A stretch of 63,211 nt of DNA, counting the filler, from Bonamia ostreae (taxonomy: Eukaryota), in assembly GCA_040357525.1 (NCBI GenBank). It is 14 parts of 14 records of this genome, joined end to end, with 100 filler letters (N's around TTAATTAATTAA, not from the genome) between each part and the next. Parts side by side here need not be neighbours in the genome. Positions count along the whole stretch, not along the records: positions 9,100 to 13,540 come from JBDODL010000310.1; positions 13,641 to 18,075 come from JBDODL010000311.1; positions 18,176 to 22,604 come from JBDODL010000312.1; positions 22,705 to 27,133 come from JBDODL010000313.1; 10 more parts are not named here. One strand, given 5' to 3'. Position 1 is the first letter of the stretch; each line of letters starts with the position of its first letter. Below are positions 12,205 to 23,981 of this stretch, one piece after another. A program made the position numbers and the translations under genes. The notes under the pieces are model-generated. The model was not told the DNA's origin. It saw only the letters and a program-made list of their open reading frames with translations, and made no database searches.

Positions 12205-12421
12205 TTTTTGTAAATTTATATTATTTGGACATTGTCGCTTCAAACATTTTCCCGCAATTTTTTGAAAAAATTTAATGTCTTCTTTTTGACTAAAAGTCAT
12301 ATACACTTTTTCACCACAACACAAAAACAAAAAAAACCAATACGCCATTTAATATCAATAAACGAATTGTTAAGCGTTAGCCATATAACAAGTCACCGCA
12401 TTATAGTCCGATTGAGCTAGA

Positions 12422-13373
12422 ATGGATTTGAACACAGCGACCTCCGTTTTAATAAACGAATCAAAACCTATCGCAGAGAGAATGAACGCAGTTTTCGCAT
12501 TGAAATCGCTAAACAACGAAAAAGCGATCGAATCTCTAAATTCAGGATTTTCGTCAACTTCAAATCTGCTAACCCATGAAATAGCGTACGTGATGGGCCA
12601 AATGCAAAACAAATATGCGATTCCGTTCCTAAACAATATCCTTCGAAACACAGAAAACGATTCCATCACGCGCCACGAAGTTGATTAAACTTTGAAAATC
12701 GGCTTTTTCAAACTTTGAAAACTAGGCGGGAGAGGCATTGGCCGCAATCGGCGACCCGGCTTCAATTCTAATTTTGTCAAAATTCGTCAACGACGAAAAA
12801 GTCAACGTCTCTGAAACTTGCATTTTGGGAATGGACACTCTCAAATTCAAAGAATCGAATCAATGGAAACAAAGCACTCGCTTTGATTCAATGGACCCCG
12901 CTCCTCCAAACGGATGCTCAAACGTAGAAAAGTTGTCCGCTGATTTGTTGAACAAAAAATTATCTTTGTTTGACCGTTATTCGGCTCTGTTCCAATTGCG
13001 TGAAATCGGAACGCGACGAGCTGTTTCTGGGATAACAAAAGGATTTTGTGACGAAAGCAGTTTATTCAAGCACGAAATCGCTTATGTGCTCGGCCAGTTG
13101 CAGGACGAATCTGCGCTCGAGTCACTGGAAAAAGTTTTGAGAGACGAAAATGAGCATTCGATGGTGCGTCATGAAGTTTTTCTACGTTCATATTAATGGC
13201 GTATTTTGAAGGCGGCGGAAGCGATCGGCTCAATTTCGGGAGAAAAAGCAAAGTCGATTTTGAGAGAGTTTGTGGGCGACAGCGATCGGATTGTTAGCGA
13301 AAGTTGTCTTGTGGCTTTAGATATGGCGGAATTTTGGACTAACAACGAAGAGATTTTGAAGCAAAATGGCTAA
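12422..13373 (+). CDS. DOHH: Deoxyhypusine hydroxylase
   Basis: Four HE motifs (LLTHEIAYVMGQ, TRHE|AGEAL, LFKHEIAYVLGQ, VRHE|AAEAI) and FDSMDPAPP. Introns 12680-12725 and 13176-13211. Confidence 0.97.
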
Positions 13374-13718
13374 ATTGAAAAAAGATTGGTTTTTGACAAT
13401 TTATTTAATGAAACATAATTTTGTAATATTTGAATCAAAATTGTTAAAACGAAAAATATTAATTTTTCAAAAATTTTTGAATTGAAAAATATTCGATGCC
13501 GCAATAATCGAAAATCGCAAAATAAAAATATTCGATGCTGNNNNNNNNNNNNNNNNNNNNNNNNNNNNNNNNNNNNNNNNNNNNTTAATTAATTAANNNN
13601 NNNNNNNNNNNNNNNNNNNNNNNNNNNNNNNNNNNNNNNNTTTTTTTTATTATTATTTTAATTTGTTTGTATAAAAATTATTTTTATAATTTTAAAAATT
13701 ACAAAAACTATTATATAA

Positions 13719-13928
13719 ATGGAATTCTTTGAGAACAATAAAATCATCTATTTGGTTGCTTTGTTAGCTCTCACGGTTGCAAATTTGCTGTATTTGGGGG
13801 ATTCGTGTTTTCGAATTTATTTAATACGCCTCGACATTTCAAAATTGCAATTTAAAATTGAGGAGAAAAATGATAAACTGGATAGAATTTTATCCCGAAT
13901 CGGCGCTAAAAACGAGGTGTATTATTAA
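13719..13928 (+). CDS. Small single-pass membrane protein with coiled coil
   Basis: 69-aa ORF with hydrophobic IIYLVALLALTVANLLYL. Confidence 0.55.
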   Translation: MEFFENNKIIYLVALLALTVANLLYLGDSCFRIYLIRLDISKLQFKIEEKNDKLDRILSRIGAKNEVYY

Positions 13929-13996
13929 ATATGTCTTAAAAATATTCTAATTTGAGCGATAATTAAAAATGGCGTGATATAAAATTTTAAAAAAAT

Positions 13997-14781
13997 TTAT
14001 TCAAATCCAGCTTTCTGTAAAGAGTTTAAATCAAAAATTGCACCGGAGATCAATTGTTCGTTCATTTTGAACAAGTCGTTCTCTAATAAATCTTCGTCCA
14101 AAGTTCTAAATTAAATTTCAATAAAACGACTCTAAATTTTAATGCAGAAAACTCTGTTTAAAGAAATTGTGTTTTGGATCGCCAACATAAGATGCGGCAC
14201 ATTCCAAATTCTATCTACGATTAAGCTTCCTTTCGTCGCAAAGTCCGAAAAATTTGGCGGATCGATCGCAGTGATATCGCAAATTTTAGTCAACTTGTTG
14301 AAAAGAGAAAGACCGATATTCTTAGACATTGATTCGTCATTTCTAAATATTTTTACAAAAACGACAATTTATCCAAAGAAACGCCAAAATTTGCCAAAAC
14401 GTTTATTTTTTCTTCTTTCTGTTCTTTGCTTGGGAAGGCCAAATTGTGCAGTTCTACCATAACAAACTTTTCCCATTTTTTGCTCAGTTCGATTTCAAAA
14501 ACACTTTTTAAAATTTTCTTGTTTTCTTCCAGAGTTTTTGCTCGTCCATTTTTAGGTAAAAATCTCTGTTTTTTCTCGTTTTTTGCAATTTCCAAATCTT
14601 TTTTTTGTTTCTGGTTAATTGTATTAGGATTTTCTTTTTGTTCTAGTTCTTTTTTGACTAAAGATGCGATAGATTTTAGACAGTTTTTTATGTCGTGCGG
14701 GTCCTTTTGCATTGCCTCGTCGATATGCTTCTCGTTAAATCCATATCCTAACAATGTCTGCCGAATATTAGATTTGGTCAT
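13997..14781 (-). CDS. Hypothetical protein with N-terminal UBA-like domain
   Basis: RQTLLGYGFNEKHIDEAM (MGF-loop-like). Multi-exon; 3' end approximate. Confidence 0.45.
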
Positions 14782-14992
14782 TTCGCCTAAATTTTGATTT
14801 TAAATTTAGATATCAAATTTCATTTCGCCTAAATTAAACCACAAATAATTTTATGAATTAAATTTTTCAGTAGAAGAGTAAAAGTGGCAATGTAAAGTAA
14901 AATGTCGGAAAATAAAGATTTTTAAAGAAGAAAATTTAACACAATTTTTGCATATAAAAAGACCACACGAAAACGAACGAAAAATTAAGAAA

Positions 14993-15178
14993 ATGGATGG
15001 AAAGGAATTTATTGTACTCGGCTTCAATTTAGCCAATTTAATTTTTTTCGTTTCCAGTTTAATGTTTTTGATATTTTTACGTGCCAAAAATTGCTTTTCT
15101 CAAAGAAAAGCGATGAGAAAATATTACAGGACTGATAAAAGTGTTACTGACAATGATGAAAAGCGGGTAGTGATTTGA
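14993..15178 (+). CDS. Membrane microprotein A (61 aa)
   Basis: MDGKEFIVLGFNLANLIFFVSSLMFLIFLRAK...; paralog immediately downstream. Confidence 0.65.
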   Translation: MDGKEFIVLGFNLANLIFFVSSLMFLIFLRAKNCFSQRKAMRKYYRTDKSVTDNDEKRVVI

Positions 15179-15317
15179 TAAACATTTGATCTTACTTTTG
15201 AAAATATTAAATAATCAGAGAATTCAGCCATGCAATTATTTATTTCTGTGTAAATTCTATTCATGCGCAGCATGCAAAAAACAAAATAGTGCGCAAACAT
15301 TTTCATAAAGCAAGTAA

Positions 15318-15467
15318 ATGGAAGGAACTGAGTTTATTATATTTGGGTTTAACTTGTTAACCATTTTGTTTTTCTTTGGAAACATCATTTTGATACTCGC
15401 CTTGCGCTCTAAAATGAGCCCTCGGGACAATATTGGAAGCAGTGAAGCTGGGATGAAAGAAAAATAA
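15318..15467 (+). CDS. Membrane microprotein B (49 aa), paralog of A
   Basis: MEGTEFIIFGFNLLTILFFFGNIILILALRSK...; too short to appear in the ORF track. Confidence 0.65.
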   Translation: MEGTEFIIFGFNLLTILFFFGNIILILALRSKMSPRDNIGSSEAGMKEK

Positions 15468-15616
15468 ATTCCCGTTAGTTTCGAAAATTTGTTTTTTGGA
15501 TTTTATCGATTTGAAGATAATTTGTTTCGAATTTTGACAATTCTGCGTTCTATCTAAAATTATGTACTAATAAGTAAATTCGATATATAAAATTTAAAGC
15601 TCATAAGCTTTAATTG

Positions 15617-16340
15617 ATGTCTAAGAATTACAGTTCGTCAAACACAGGTCCAAAGGGCGTAAAGTCAGATTATAAAAAATTTGTGACAAAAGAGGAGCAG
15701 AAAAGAAAAGACGAAAATAAAAAATTATTCGATTTGTTAGAAAACAAACCAAAATTCGTTACAAAACTCAGTCAAAAAAATGAACAAATTTTTATTAATT
15801 CAAAACGATCGTTCGGAAAAATTTTCTTTTTCCAAAACGCGAAAAATTTTGTCGAGATCGTTCATAAAGATCCCCATTCTTTCACATTGTTGCATCTTTA
15901 TCAAAATGTAAATTTTTTNNNNNNNNNNNNNNNNNNNNNNNNNNNNNNNNNNNNNNNNNNNNNNNNNNNNNNNNNNNNNNNNNNNNNNNNNNNNNNNNNN
16001 NNNNNNNNNNNNNNNNNNCACAAACTCATTTTAAAAAGAATTTGGAAGAATGCGAAAAATTGACAAAAGTGCTCTCAAAAGTTTCGGAAACATTAACTAA
16101 ACTCAGAATATGTTGCATTGAATGGCATTTATTGCTACAAAACATTGAACCAAAATCACTTCCTATTTTAATTCTGTTTAAGGGCGATCGAATATTAAAG
16201 AAACACGAAGACTTCGATCTCGGCTTAAAATTCGATTCAGAAGATTTTATCGATTTCCTCGAAAAGTAATTTTAAATTAGATTCAAAGCTCCTTTTTTGG
16301 GGAAACTGCCGAAGTTGGTGTCGAAGATTTAACCGATTAA
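15617..16340 (+). CDS. Phosducin-like protein (PhLP1 type)
   Basis: NTGPKGVKSD motif and thioredoxin-like C-terminus (LLHLYQ...C...LPILILFKGD). Spans a 100-N scaffold gap in an intron. Confidence 0.8.
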
Positions 16341-16391
16341 ATTTTTTCAATAACATTTTTCACTAAAATCTTAACCTCCCTTAAATTGGAA

Positions 16392-17444
16392 ATGAGCCTT
16401 TTTTTATGTTTGTTGTCGATCGCGATGTCAGAAAATGTCGAATTTGATTTGATTCAAAAACAAAACCCCGTTTTCGAATTTAAAACGCCAGTTGAGCTTT
16501 TCAAGCGAAACACCTTTTTCGTCGGTCTTGCCTTTAATGCCGATGATATCGATTTTACTTTTCCGTCTTGTTTGTTATTTTAATATACACATTTGTAGAC
16601 AGCGCGGTATCAAAAAATCTGCCAAACGAAAATTTTGAGCAATCTTACAATAAGTATATCAATTATATTGACAAAATATTGAAAAAGATGGTTATTTCAA
16701 GTAATTCGAATGAAAACAAAATATGTTTTTTAGATTTAATAAAATGAAACAATAATGGCTAAATGTAACAGATTTGTTTTCGATGAGAATGTTCGAATTT
16801 TTACTTTCGATTGAAAAGGAAACGCCAATTATCCCTATAAATTTGATAACAAACGACGAATATCGTTATTAATATTCGATGTAAAAAATAAAGAAAAGAC
16901 ATTGTTCACTAAGATTGACGAAGAAAAAGATGAATTTGATTTTTTTAAAGAATACAAATTAAGTGACTTTTCAAACTATTTTTTGACCATTAATGAATAC
17001 AAAGATTTGTCAGAAATTTTCGATATCGAGATTAATGAGAACAACAGCGGTATTTTTGTACTAAACCAATTATTATATTTTGCAATTTTTTTCTAATAAT
17101 TTGCAAAAAATAGAAAAGATAAAAAGGGAATTTGTGGAAAGATTGAGAGCGAAATATTACAAGAAATAAAAGTGCTCCAATTTTCACTTAACTTTTCAAA
17201 TATTTAAAAACGCGTTTAATCAACCATTCTTATTCTGAAATTTGGACACCGCCCATCAGAAAACTGGAAAGCATAAAACTATTTGACGAGATTATAATTT
17301 AAAGCAAACCATATCTTGATATGCACATAACCACCTTCCTTTCATTACCTAAATTTCCAGTTTGAGCACAGCGCCTAAATTTCATCCAACAGAACCACCC
17401 AAAAAACACAATATTCTTGAAAAGATCAGATTTGATCAAACTTG
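16392..17444 (+). CDS. Hypothetical secreted protein, multi-exon
   Basis: Signal peptide MSLFLCLLSIAMS and several small introns. 3' end approximate. Confidence 0.45.
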
Positions 17445-17566
17445 AAAATATTTTATTTCTTTTCGTTAAATTTAAAGCTTAAAAATGTTTGTAGTAATAT
17501 ATTATTATATGGCATAAACCAAATTTTCTTGTTGAAAACAATATATGTAAAAGAGAAATCCGAAAA

Positions 17567-18075
17567 ATGAATACTAAAAAAGAGACAGTACTTAATTTTA
17601 AAATCGGTATTATTGGAGAAACCGCAGTTGGCAAAACTTCTTTGGTCAACAATTACATGGGAATTGATTTGGACGATCCAGAATTTACAAGTGGTTTTTT
17701 TCAAAATATCAAAATTAAAAAACTAAATTATTTCCGGACTTTTCACCTAGATATATGGGATTTTTCAAATGACTTTTTTTGAAAAAAATATTTAGAAATG
17801 TTATTTTCAAATAATCGAAAAAGGAATCGATTTTACAGAAAAAATGGTTCCGGTTAAAAACAGAAAACTGAAACTTCAAATTTGGGACGTTTCGGGTTTT
17901 TTTTTGTTTACAAAAGGGACTGCGATCGATTTAATACCACCGACGGCCAACGAAGCGAGCGCCATCTTGTTAGTTTACGATTTAAATTCCCCATTTACGT
18001 TGCGCCGGATTGAAGAGTATCATAAAGAATCGAAAGGAAACAATCCAGAGAATTTTATTATCGTCGGATGTAAAT
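17567..18075 (+). CDS. Small GTPase, Spg1/Tem1- or Rab-like, 3' partial
   Basis: FKIGIIGETAVGKTS, GIDFTEK, LQIWDVSG, NEASAILLVYDL, IIVGCK. Confidence 0.75.
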
Positions 18076-18175
18076 NNNNNNNNNNNNNNNNNNNNNNNNN
18101 NNNNNNNNNNNNNNNNNNNTTAATTAATTAANNNNNNNNNNNNNNNNNNNNNNNNNNNNNNNNNNNNNNNNNNNN

Positions 18176-19377
18176 ATTAGTTCTAAAATCTTTAAAAAGC
18201 AAAAATTGTTTTAAAATCGTTCAATTTGTTTCAAAGCAAAATTTTATTTTAAAATTCCTTCAAACAGAAATAAGACGGAAAAAGAAATCTTAAAAACAAT
18301 AAGAGAAAAGTTTTACCTAAAAAACTTCTTGTTGAACTATTTTCAAAAACGCATTGGCGATCCAGATAAATTTTGGGATTTCAGAAAACAAGTCACTAGA
18401 CAATACGCTCTGTCTTCATACGCAGGTCATTTTTCTCTTGACAATCACAACAATATCATTTGTAACAACAAAAAGTACTTGCAAAATTGCAATGTCTTAA
18501 CTCTCAAAAAACGGTAAAAATAAAGAACATTTGATGTTTTTTAACGAAAAATTTCCGTACAAAAAAATAATCGATCTGAAAACGTCGAGCATCAGCACAA
18601 TCGAGTCGTATCCGTTCTACGACAAAATTTTTGAGATAAAGAGACCGGAAGATCGGTTCTTTCGATTGACCAATGAAATCCAAAATTTACTGTCGCCGGA
18701 ATTTATCTCTGGTGTCTTTGGGCCTTCGCTAATCGCCATCTCGACTTGTTTTCTCAAAAATAATGTTTTTGGGCATTTTTAAACTATTCAATTTAATTTT
18801 TATAAAAAGACATTTTTACATTTTTAAAAAATTTCGAATTGACCATTTTTATTTAACTTTGCAAAATTTTTCGAATTGGCCATTTTTATTTAACTTTGCA
18901 AAATTTTCGGATTGGCCATTTTTATTTAACAAATTTTTCGAATTGGTCATTTTTGCATTTTTACTAAACTTTGCCAAAGAAACCGTGGAAATACTTTTTC
19001 TATCTCTTCTTTAGAGATGACATTTCGTCCTGGCTAAATTTGAACAGAAAAGATTTCAAAGTTGGAAATGACGGCGCCGTTCAATTGGGAAAGCAGAATT
19101 TGCTGGAAGCACAAATTAAAAAAGCAATCGGCAAAAACACTTACGACGTCATGAACCAGATCTCATCGTTCATCAAATATGACAGCGTCGACTCGGAAGT
19201 CAAAGAAATGGTAACTGGCGACGTTTATAATTTTATTTGTAAGTTGAAGAATTTGAAAGTGAAAACGATATCGGAGAAAACAAAAAAGTTTTTGGACGAA
19301 TCGATGGACGAAAATCGTTTTGTTTTTTATTTTAAGGAATTTGCAAATTGCCACTGATAACGAAGCCGTGGATTTAG
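18176..19377 (+). CDS. TRRAP: TRRAP/Tra1 PIKK pseudokinase, C-terminal part
   Basis: FWDFRKQVTRQYA, FFRLTNEIQNLL, YLFFRDD, FATC-like end ICKLPLITKPWI*. Confidence 0.75.
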
Positions 19378-19663
19378 TAAATTTGAAAATTTATTGAAAA
19401 CCAATTTTTTGAAATTCAAATTTTACGTTTTTTGTCTCAAATTCGCTTAAATCATTTTTGAAATCGTTTTATAATTTTCAATTTTTCTAAATTTTTTAAT
19501 AAACAAAATTTTCTAAAATGGCGAATTCTAAAAATTAAAGTATAAAAATATGTTTTTGTCCAATTCTTAAATTTCAAAAAATTTTCCAGTTATTTGCAAA
19601 AATTCGAACTAACAAAAAATATCAATTTTAAAAAAAATTTCCATTTATTTGATCATACAAAAT

Positions 19664-20580
19664 CTATCGAGGTTTTATTGGTCCAGGGCATCCAGGTTTC
19701 CCGGGACATCTCGGTACAATTTTAATTAACGGCTTCGCAATTGTTTGTTCCATTTTGGCTAATCGGGTCGTTTTTTGAATTGGAGAATATTGAAGGAAGA
19801 GAACAACTAACTGAAATACAAAAACTAGCAAACGGAATTTAATGGAAGGCAAAGATTTACATTTAATGACTTTCATCAATATTTGACCCAAACAAGATCA
19901 TTCAAATGATTTTTGGCCAATTCTTTTATTTTAGCTGACAATTCCCCTTTAAAACGCAAAAATTCGATTTGGCCTTTTTTAAGACGACAAAGCACTTTAC
20001 CCTTAAAATTATTAATTTTAAACTGATTTTCCATATCTGTCAAATATTTTGATTTTGCATAAGATATTTTTGTCTCTGGCAAATTTTGTTGACATTATGA
20101 TATTTTCTGGAAATATGAACAATCTTTTTTCTTTCTTTTAATATTTTCGTGCAAAAATTTTGAATATAAAAACTATAATTTGACCGTCTTTGTTAAAACG
20201 TTGTCGCAATATTTTAGTAAAAACATTTTTCTTTTTGCTTTGAGCAACAATTTTCTAAATCTTATTTTGAAAACTTTAACGTCGCCGTTAAAATCAAAAA
20301 ATATTATTTTTTTGTTTTTGACGTTTTGTTTTTTATTAACAAGTTTATAAATTTCCTTTTTGTTGTCGTTGATAGCGCTTTTTATTGATTGGACGGTCTT
20401 CAAATATTTTTATAAATTGGCCGTTCTCGAAAATTTGTCAAATTTAAAAATTGAAACCAAAATCGAATCGCCAAATTTAAAACGGTCGATTTTATTGTTG
20501 TTGTCATTTAAACTTTGTTTTATTTTAAAAAACTTTGATTTTAACCCGCCAATAAAATAAAGAACAAAAATTATTGACAT
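19664..20580 (-). CDS. Hypothetical membrane-associated protein, multi-exon
   Basis: Collinear ORFs 20173..20403, 19876..20082 and 19664..19891, with hydrophobic N-terminus and a C-terminal TM segment. Confidence 0.4.
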
Positions 20581-20847
20581 TTCCGGAATATTTTCGCTTT
20601 AAATTTTAGTTTGAAATCGAGTACTTTTTTGTAAATTTATGTATTTGTGTAGAAACGAATAGTTTTTACGTAAAAACAATTTTTTAGTTAATTATCCCGT
20701 CATTTTATAAAATGTGACGATTTTACGTTATTTTTTATTTAAGATTATTTTTGGAGACGCGTCAAAAAATGACATTTTTTGTAACCGATTTAAATTGGTC
20801 GATTTTTATTATTAAAACTATTTTGAAATTAAAAAATGTCAAAATAT

Positions 20848-22566
20848 TTATTGAAAAATGTCGCCTTTGGATGGCCCAAAAGCGATTTTTTTGAAATCCA
20901 GTTTTACTATGTTTTCGTCTGAAAAACTTATTTCTTTTAATTGGTCTTCGGTTTCTTCAGTAACGGCGACAACAAATTTTCCAGTTTTTCTAAAATCGCC
21001 AAAAGATTTTTTGATAATGGCGTTATGTCCGTTGACGCGAACAACAAAATTTTGGAAAACAGAAAATTTTGCGAAAGGCGAAAACATCTTTGAACAAATT
21101 AATCTGTTTTCCGATTGAATTCGTTCGATTTTGCCAGTTTTGGATTTGCTTTTGTAAATAGTTATTTTTGAAAATATTTCTTTTTCGTTTTCAAATACCA
21201 AATTTGGCGTTCCGTAGAATAGAAATCTAAACATTTGTCGATTAATTTTTTAATTCAACCTAAAATCAACACAATCTAAATCTAAAGCGACAATCGGAAA
21301 TTTTTCGTTGTAAATTATTTTTTTGTTGAAAGTCAACAAAACAAAAAATTTTTCTGTTTTGCAAAATTTCAATTTTTCTTTGTATAAAAAGGATTTTTTG
21401 TCATCCGGATAATTTATTCCTTCGTCGACTAAAAATCTTGGATTTGCCTTTTTTACAAAAAAATTAACAAGAAAATAGCGTCAAAATGTGCAAAAATGAT
21501 AAAATTGGAACATTTATGTTTGTGTATCCAGAATTAATATAAATTTTTTTCGTTGATTCAAATTCGGTGCGTTTAAACATTTTGACTTCCATTAAAACAG
21601 CTTTGACATTTTTAAAAATCTTATTCTTGGCCAAATATCCTCTTTCTATCTTTTCTGAATTAAGTCTATTTGTCAAAATTGCGATTCTGTCTCCTCTTTT
21701 CGCATTCTTTCAATTTAAAATTATTGAACCGGAACATTTTGATGAAATTTTTGAATCGATTTTACTTTCAAAAAAGCGTTTGGATTTGATTGAAAATAAA
21801 GTTTATCGCCAATTTTCACATTTCCGTCAAGAATAGTCCCCGTCAAAACAGTCCCTTTTCCTTTAACTCCAAAACAATGATCAAATGCCATTAAAAATTT
21901 TTCTTGTCTTTCGTCAAATTTTTCGCCGCTTCGATCCAAAAAGTGCCCATTTTCGCAAAAATTTGCTATTTTTTCCAAAATAAAATTCGAGATCTTCTCC
22001 TTTTCCGCCATTTCTTTATTTTTGTTGTTTCTGAAAACAGATTGAATCGCCAAAACATTTTTGCGAACATTTTTTCGCAAAAATAGTTTTGTTAAGGCTT
22101 TCTCGATTTTGGCCATTTTCGCTTTCAATACCTCTTCGTTAGCGAGCAGATCGACCTTGTTAAGAAAAAAGAAGAGAAAAAAGGGTCGGCCGTTTTTGTG
22201 CGCCATTTTCGACAACATTTTGCATAACGCAGAGCACTCCAAAGTTTGTCTTTGTATCCCTTCAACGATATCGATAACAATTATGGCGCCATCCACAATC
22301 TGAGCTCCGCCCATTATTGTTTTTATATAATTGGAGTGTCCTGGGCAATCCACTAAAGTTACTTGGACGCGTTCTTTGAGAAAGATTACCGACGAAAATC
22401 CCAAATCAAGCGTTATTTTTCTTTCTTGGGACTGATTGGATTTGTCGAACGCTGCTGTGGATTTGTGAGTGCTAATCAATTTCGACAAAGAAGTTTTCCC
22501 GCTGTCGACGTGTCCAAATAATCCGATATTTACGTTTGTTATTTGTTTTTTCGGGCTTTCAGTCAT
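20848..22566 (-). CDS. EEFSEC: Selenocysteine-specific elongation factor
   Basis: NVNIGLFGHVDSGKTSL, STAAFDK..QSQERKITLDLGFS, TLVDCPGH, DHCFGVKGKGTVLTGTIL, C-terminal YKSKSKTGKIER...GKF. Confidence 0.93.
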
Positions 22567-22704
22567 TTTGTGATTTATTGGTTTGTGTTAGTCGAAAATA
22601 AATTNNNNNNNNNNNNNNNNNNNNNNNNNNNNNNNNNNNNNNNNNNNNTTAATTAATTAANNNNNNNNNNNNNNNNNNNNNNNNNNNNNNNNNNNNNNNN
22701 NNNN

Positions 22705-22845
22705 TTTAAACGTTCAAACAATAAATTTTCAAAATGTCTTTAAACGTTCAAACAATAAAATTTATCAAAATGTCTTTAAACGTTCAAACAATAAATTTTC
22801 AAAATGTCTTTAAACGTTCAAACAATAAATTTTCAAAATGTCTTA
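22705..22845. repeat. Tandem repeat (~34-nt unit, 4 copies)
   Basis: tttaaacgttcaaacaataaattttcaaaatgtc. Confidence 0.9.
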
Positions 22846-22886
22846 AAATTTAAGCGAAAAGTCATTTATTCTGCAATTGCAAGAAA

Positions 22887-23198
22887 ATGGCGACAGAGGC
22901 AAATCCCTGTAAATCCAAAATGTGTAAAATAATGTTGTGCAAAATGTTCCAATTGGAAGACAGTTTAAATTTTGACTTCGACAATCCGGCGATAAAAACT
23001 CCGCGCGACGATAATTTAAATTTTCGCGCCTTGGAAACATTTGATTTAAAATTAGAGAAAACAAATTCTAAAAAGGATAAAACCGAAGACGAAATGATCA
23101 AAAAATTTGTAAAAAGAGAAAAAGATATTTTCAACGTCGACGAAGCACAAAATTTTACAAAATTTTTGGCTAAAAAGTGGAAAAGTAAAATTGAATAA
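22887..23198 (+). CDS. Hypothetical protein (probably the last exon of a gene cut at the contig start)
   Basis: 103-aa ORF following an intron-like repeat. Confidence 0.4.
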   Translation: MATEANPCKSKMCKIMLCKMFQLEDSLNFDFDNPAIKTPRDDNLNFRALETFDLKLEKTNSKKDKTEDEMIKKFVKREKDIFNVDEAQNFTKFLAKKWKSKIE

Positions 23199-23437
23199 TC
23201 ATTTTTGTAAATTTTGTTTATAAATTAAATTTCTTTCGACGATTTAATTTTTTAAAATAATTACTTTTTTAAAACTGATTTTAAATTTTGCGATTGAATT
23301 CATTTTTGCAAATTCATTATAACTAAACATCCCAAAAAACAATCTCAACATTTGCACAATTTAAATATTAAACAATCTCATATAATAAAATTTACAAAAA
23401 AGCTATAACCGAAGCTTTAAAATTTCTATATAATATA

Positions 23438-23737
23438 ATGTCCAAATTATCCGAAATTATCGATGAGAACTCTTTAATTGAAGATGATCTAAAACCGATT
23501 GCACAAGCACAACCGAATGAACAAAAGGCGAAAAAGAGCATTAACGAAAGATTGCGGAAGCCTTGTAAAAACTGCACTTGCGGAAGAGCTGATAGTCAGA
23601 AAAATAATTCGGCCTCGTCAAAGAAATCGGCTTGTGGGTCTTGTTATTTAGGAGACGCTTTTAGATGCTCGGAATGCCCTTATCTGGGAACGCCCCCTTT
23701 TAAACCAGGCGAAACCGTCAAACTAGACTTGGATTAA
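23438..23737 (+). CDS. DRE2: Minimal anamorsin/Dre2 (Fe-S domain only)
   Basis: [45 protein letters not shown]. Confidence 0.92.
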   Translation: MSKLSEIIDENSLIEDDLKPIAQAQPNEQKAKKSINERLRKPCKNCTCGRADSQKNNSASSKKSACGSCYLGDAFRCSECPYLGTPPFKPGETVKLDLD

Positions 23738-23981
23738 ATTTTTGAAATTTTTTGTCTTAAACAATTTTTCTAAACAGTGATAAAATATAATGGCTGATAA
23801 CATAAAAACAACGCAATTAAAAACAAATTTCTAGCAGAAAAATGAACACTTCTAGCTCAAAATTCGCTTCAAAAAACTTTCTGGTCAGTTAATAAAATTA
23901 AAAACATTATTAATAAGCGTCTCTGAAACAAACGATTTTAATAGATTTACAAAACAAAAATAATAATTTTGAAAATTAAAA

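Noticed and set aside
15919-16018. ORFs 15614..16063 and 15800..16021 running through Ns
   Set aside because: Scaffold gap inside a phosducin intron; the X-runs are artefacts
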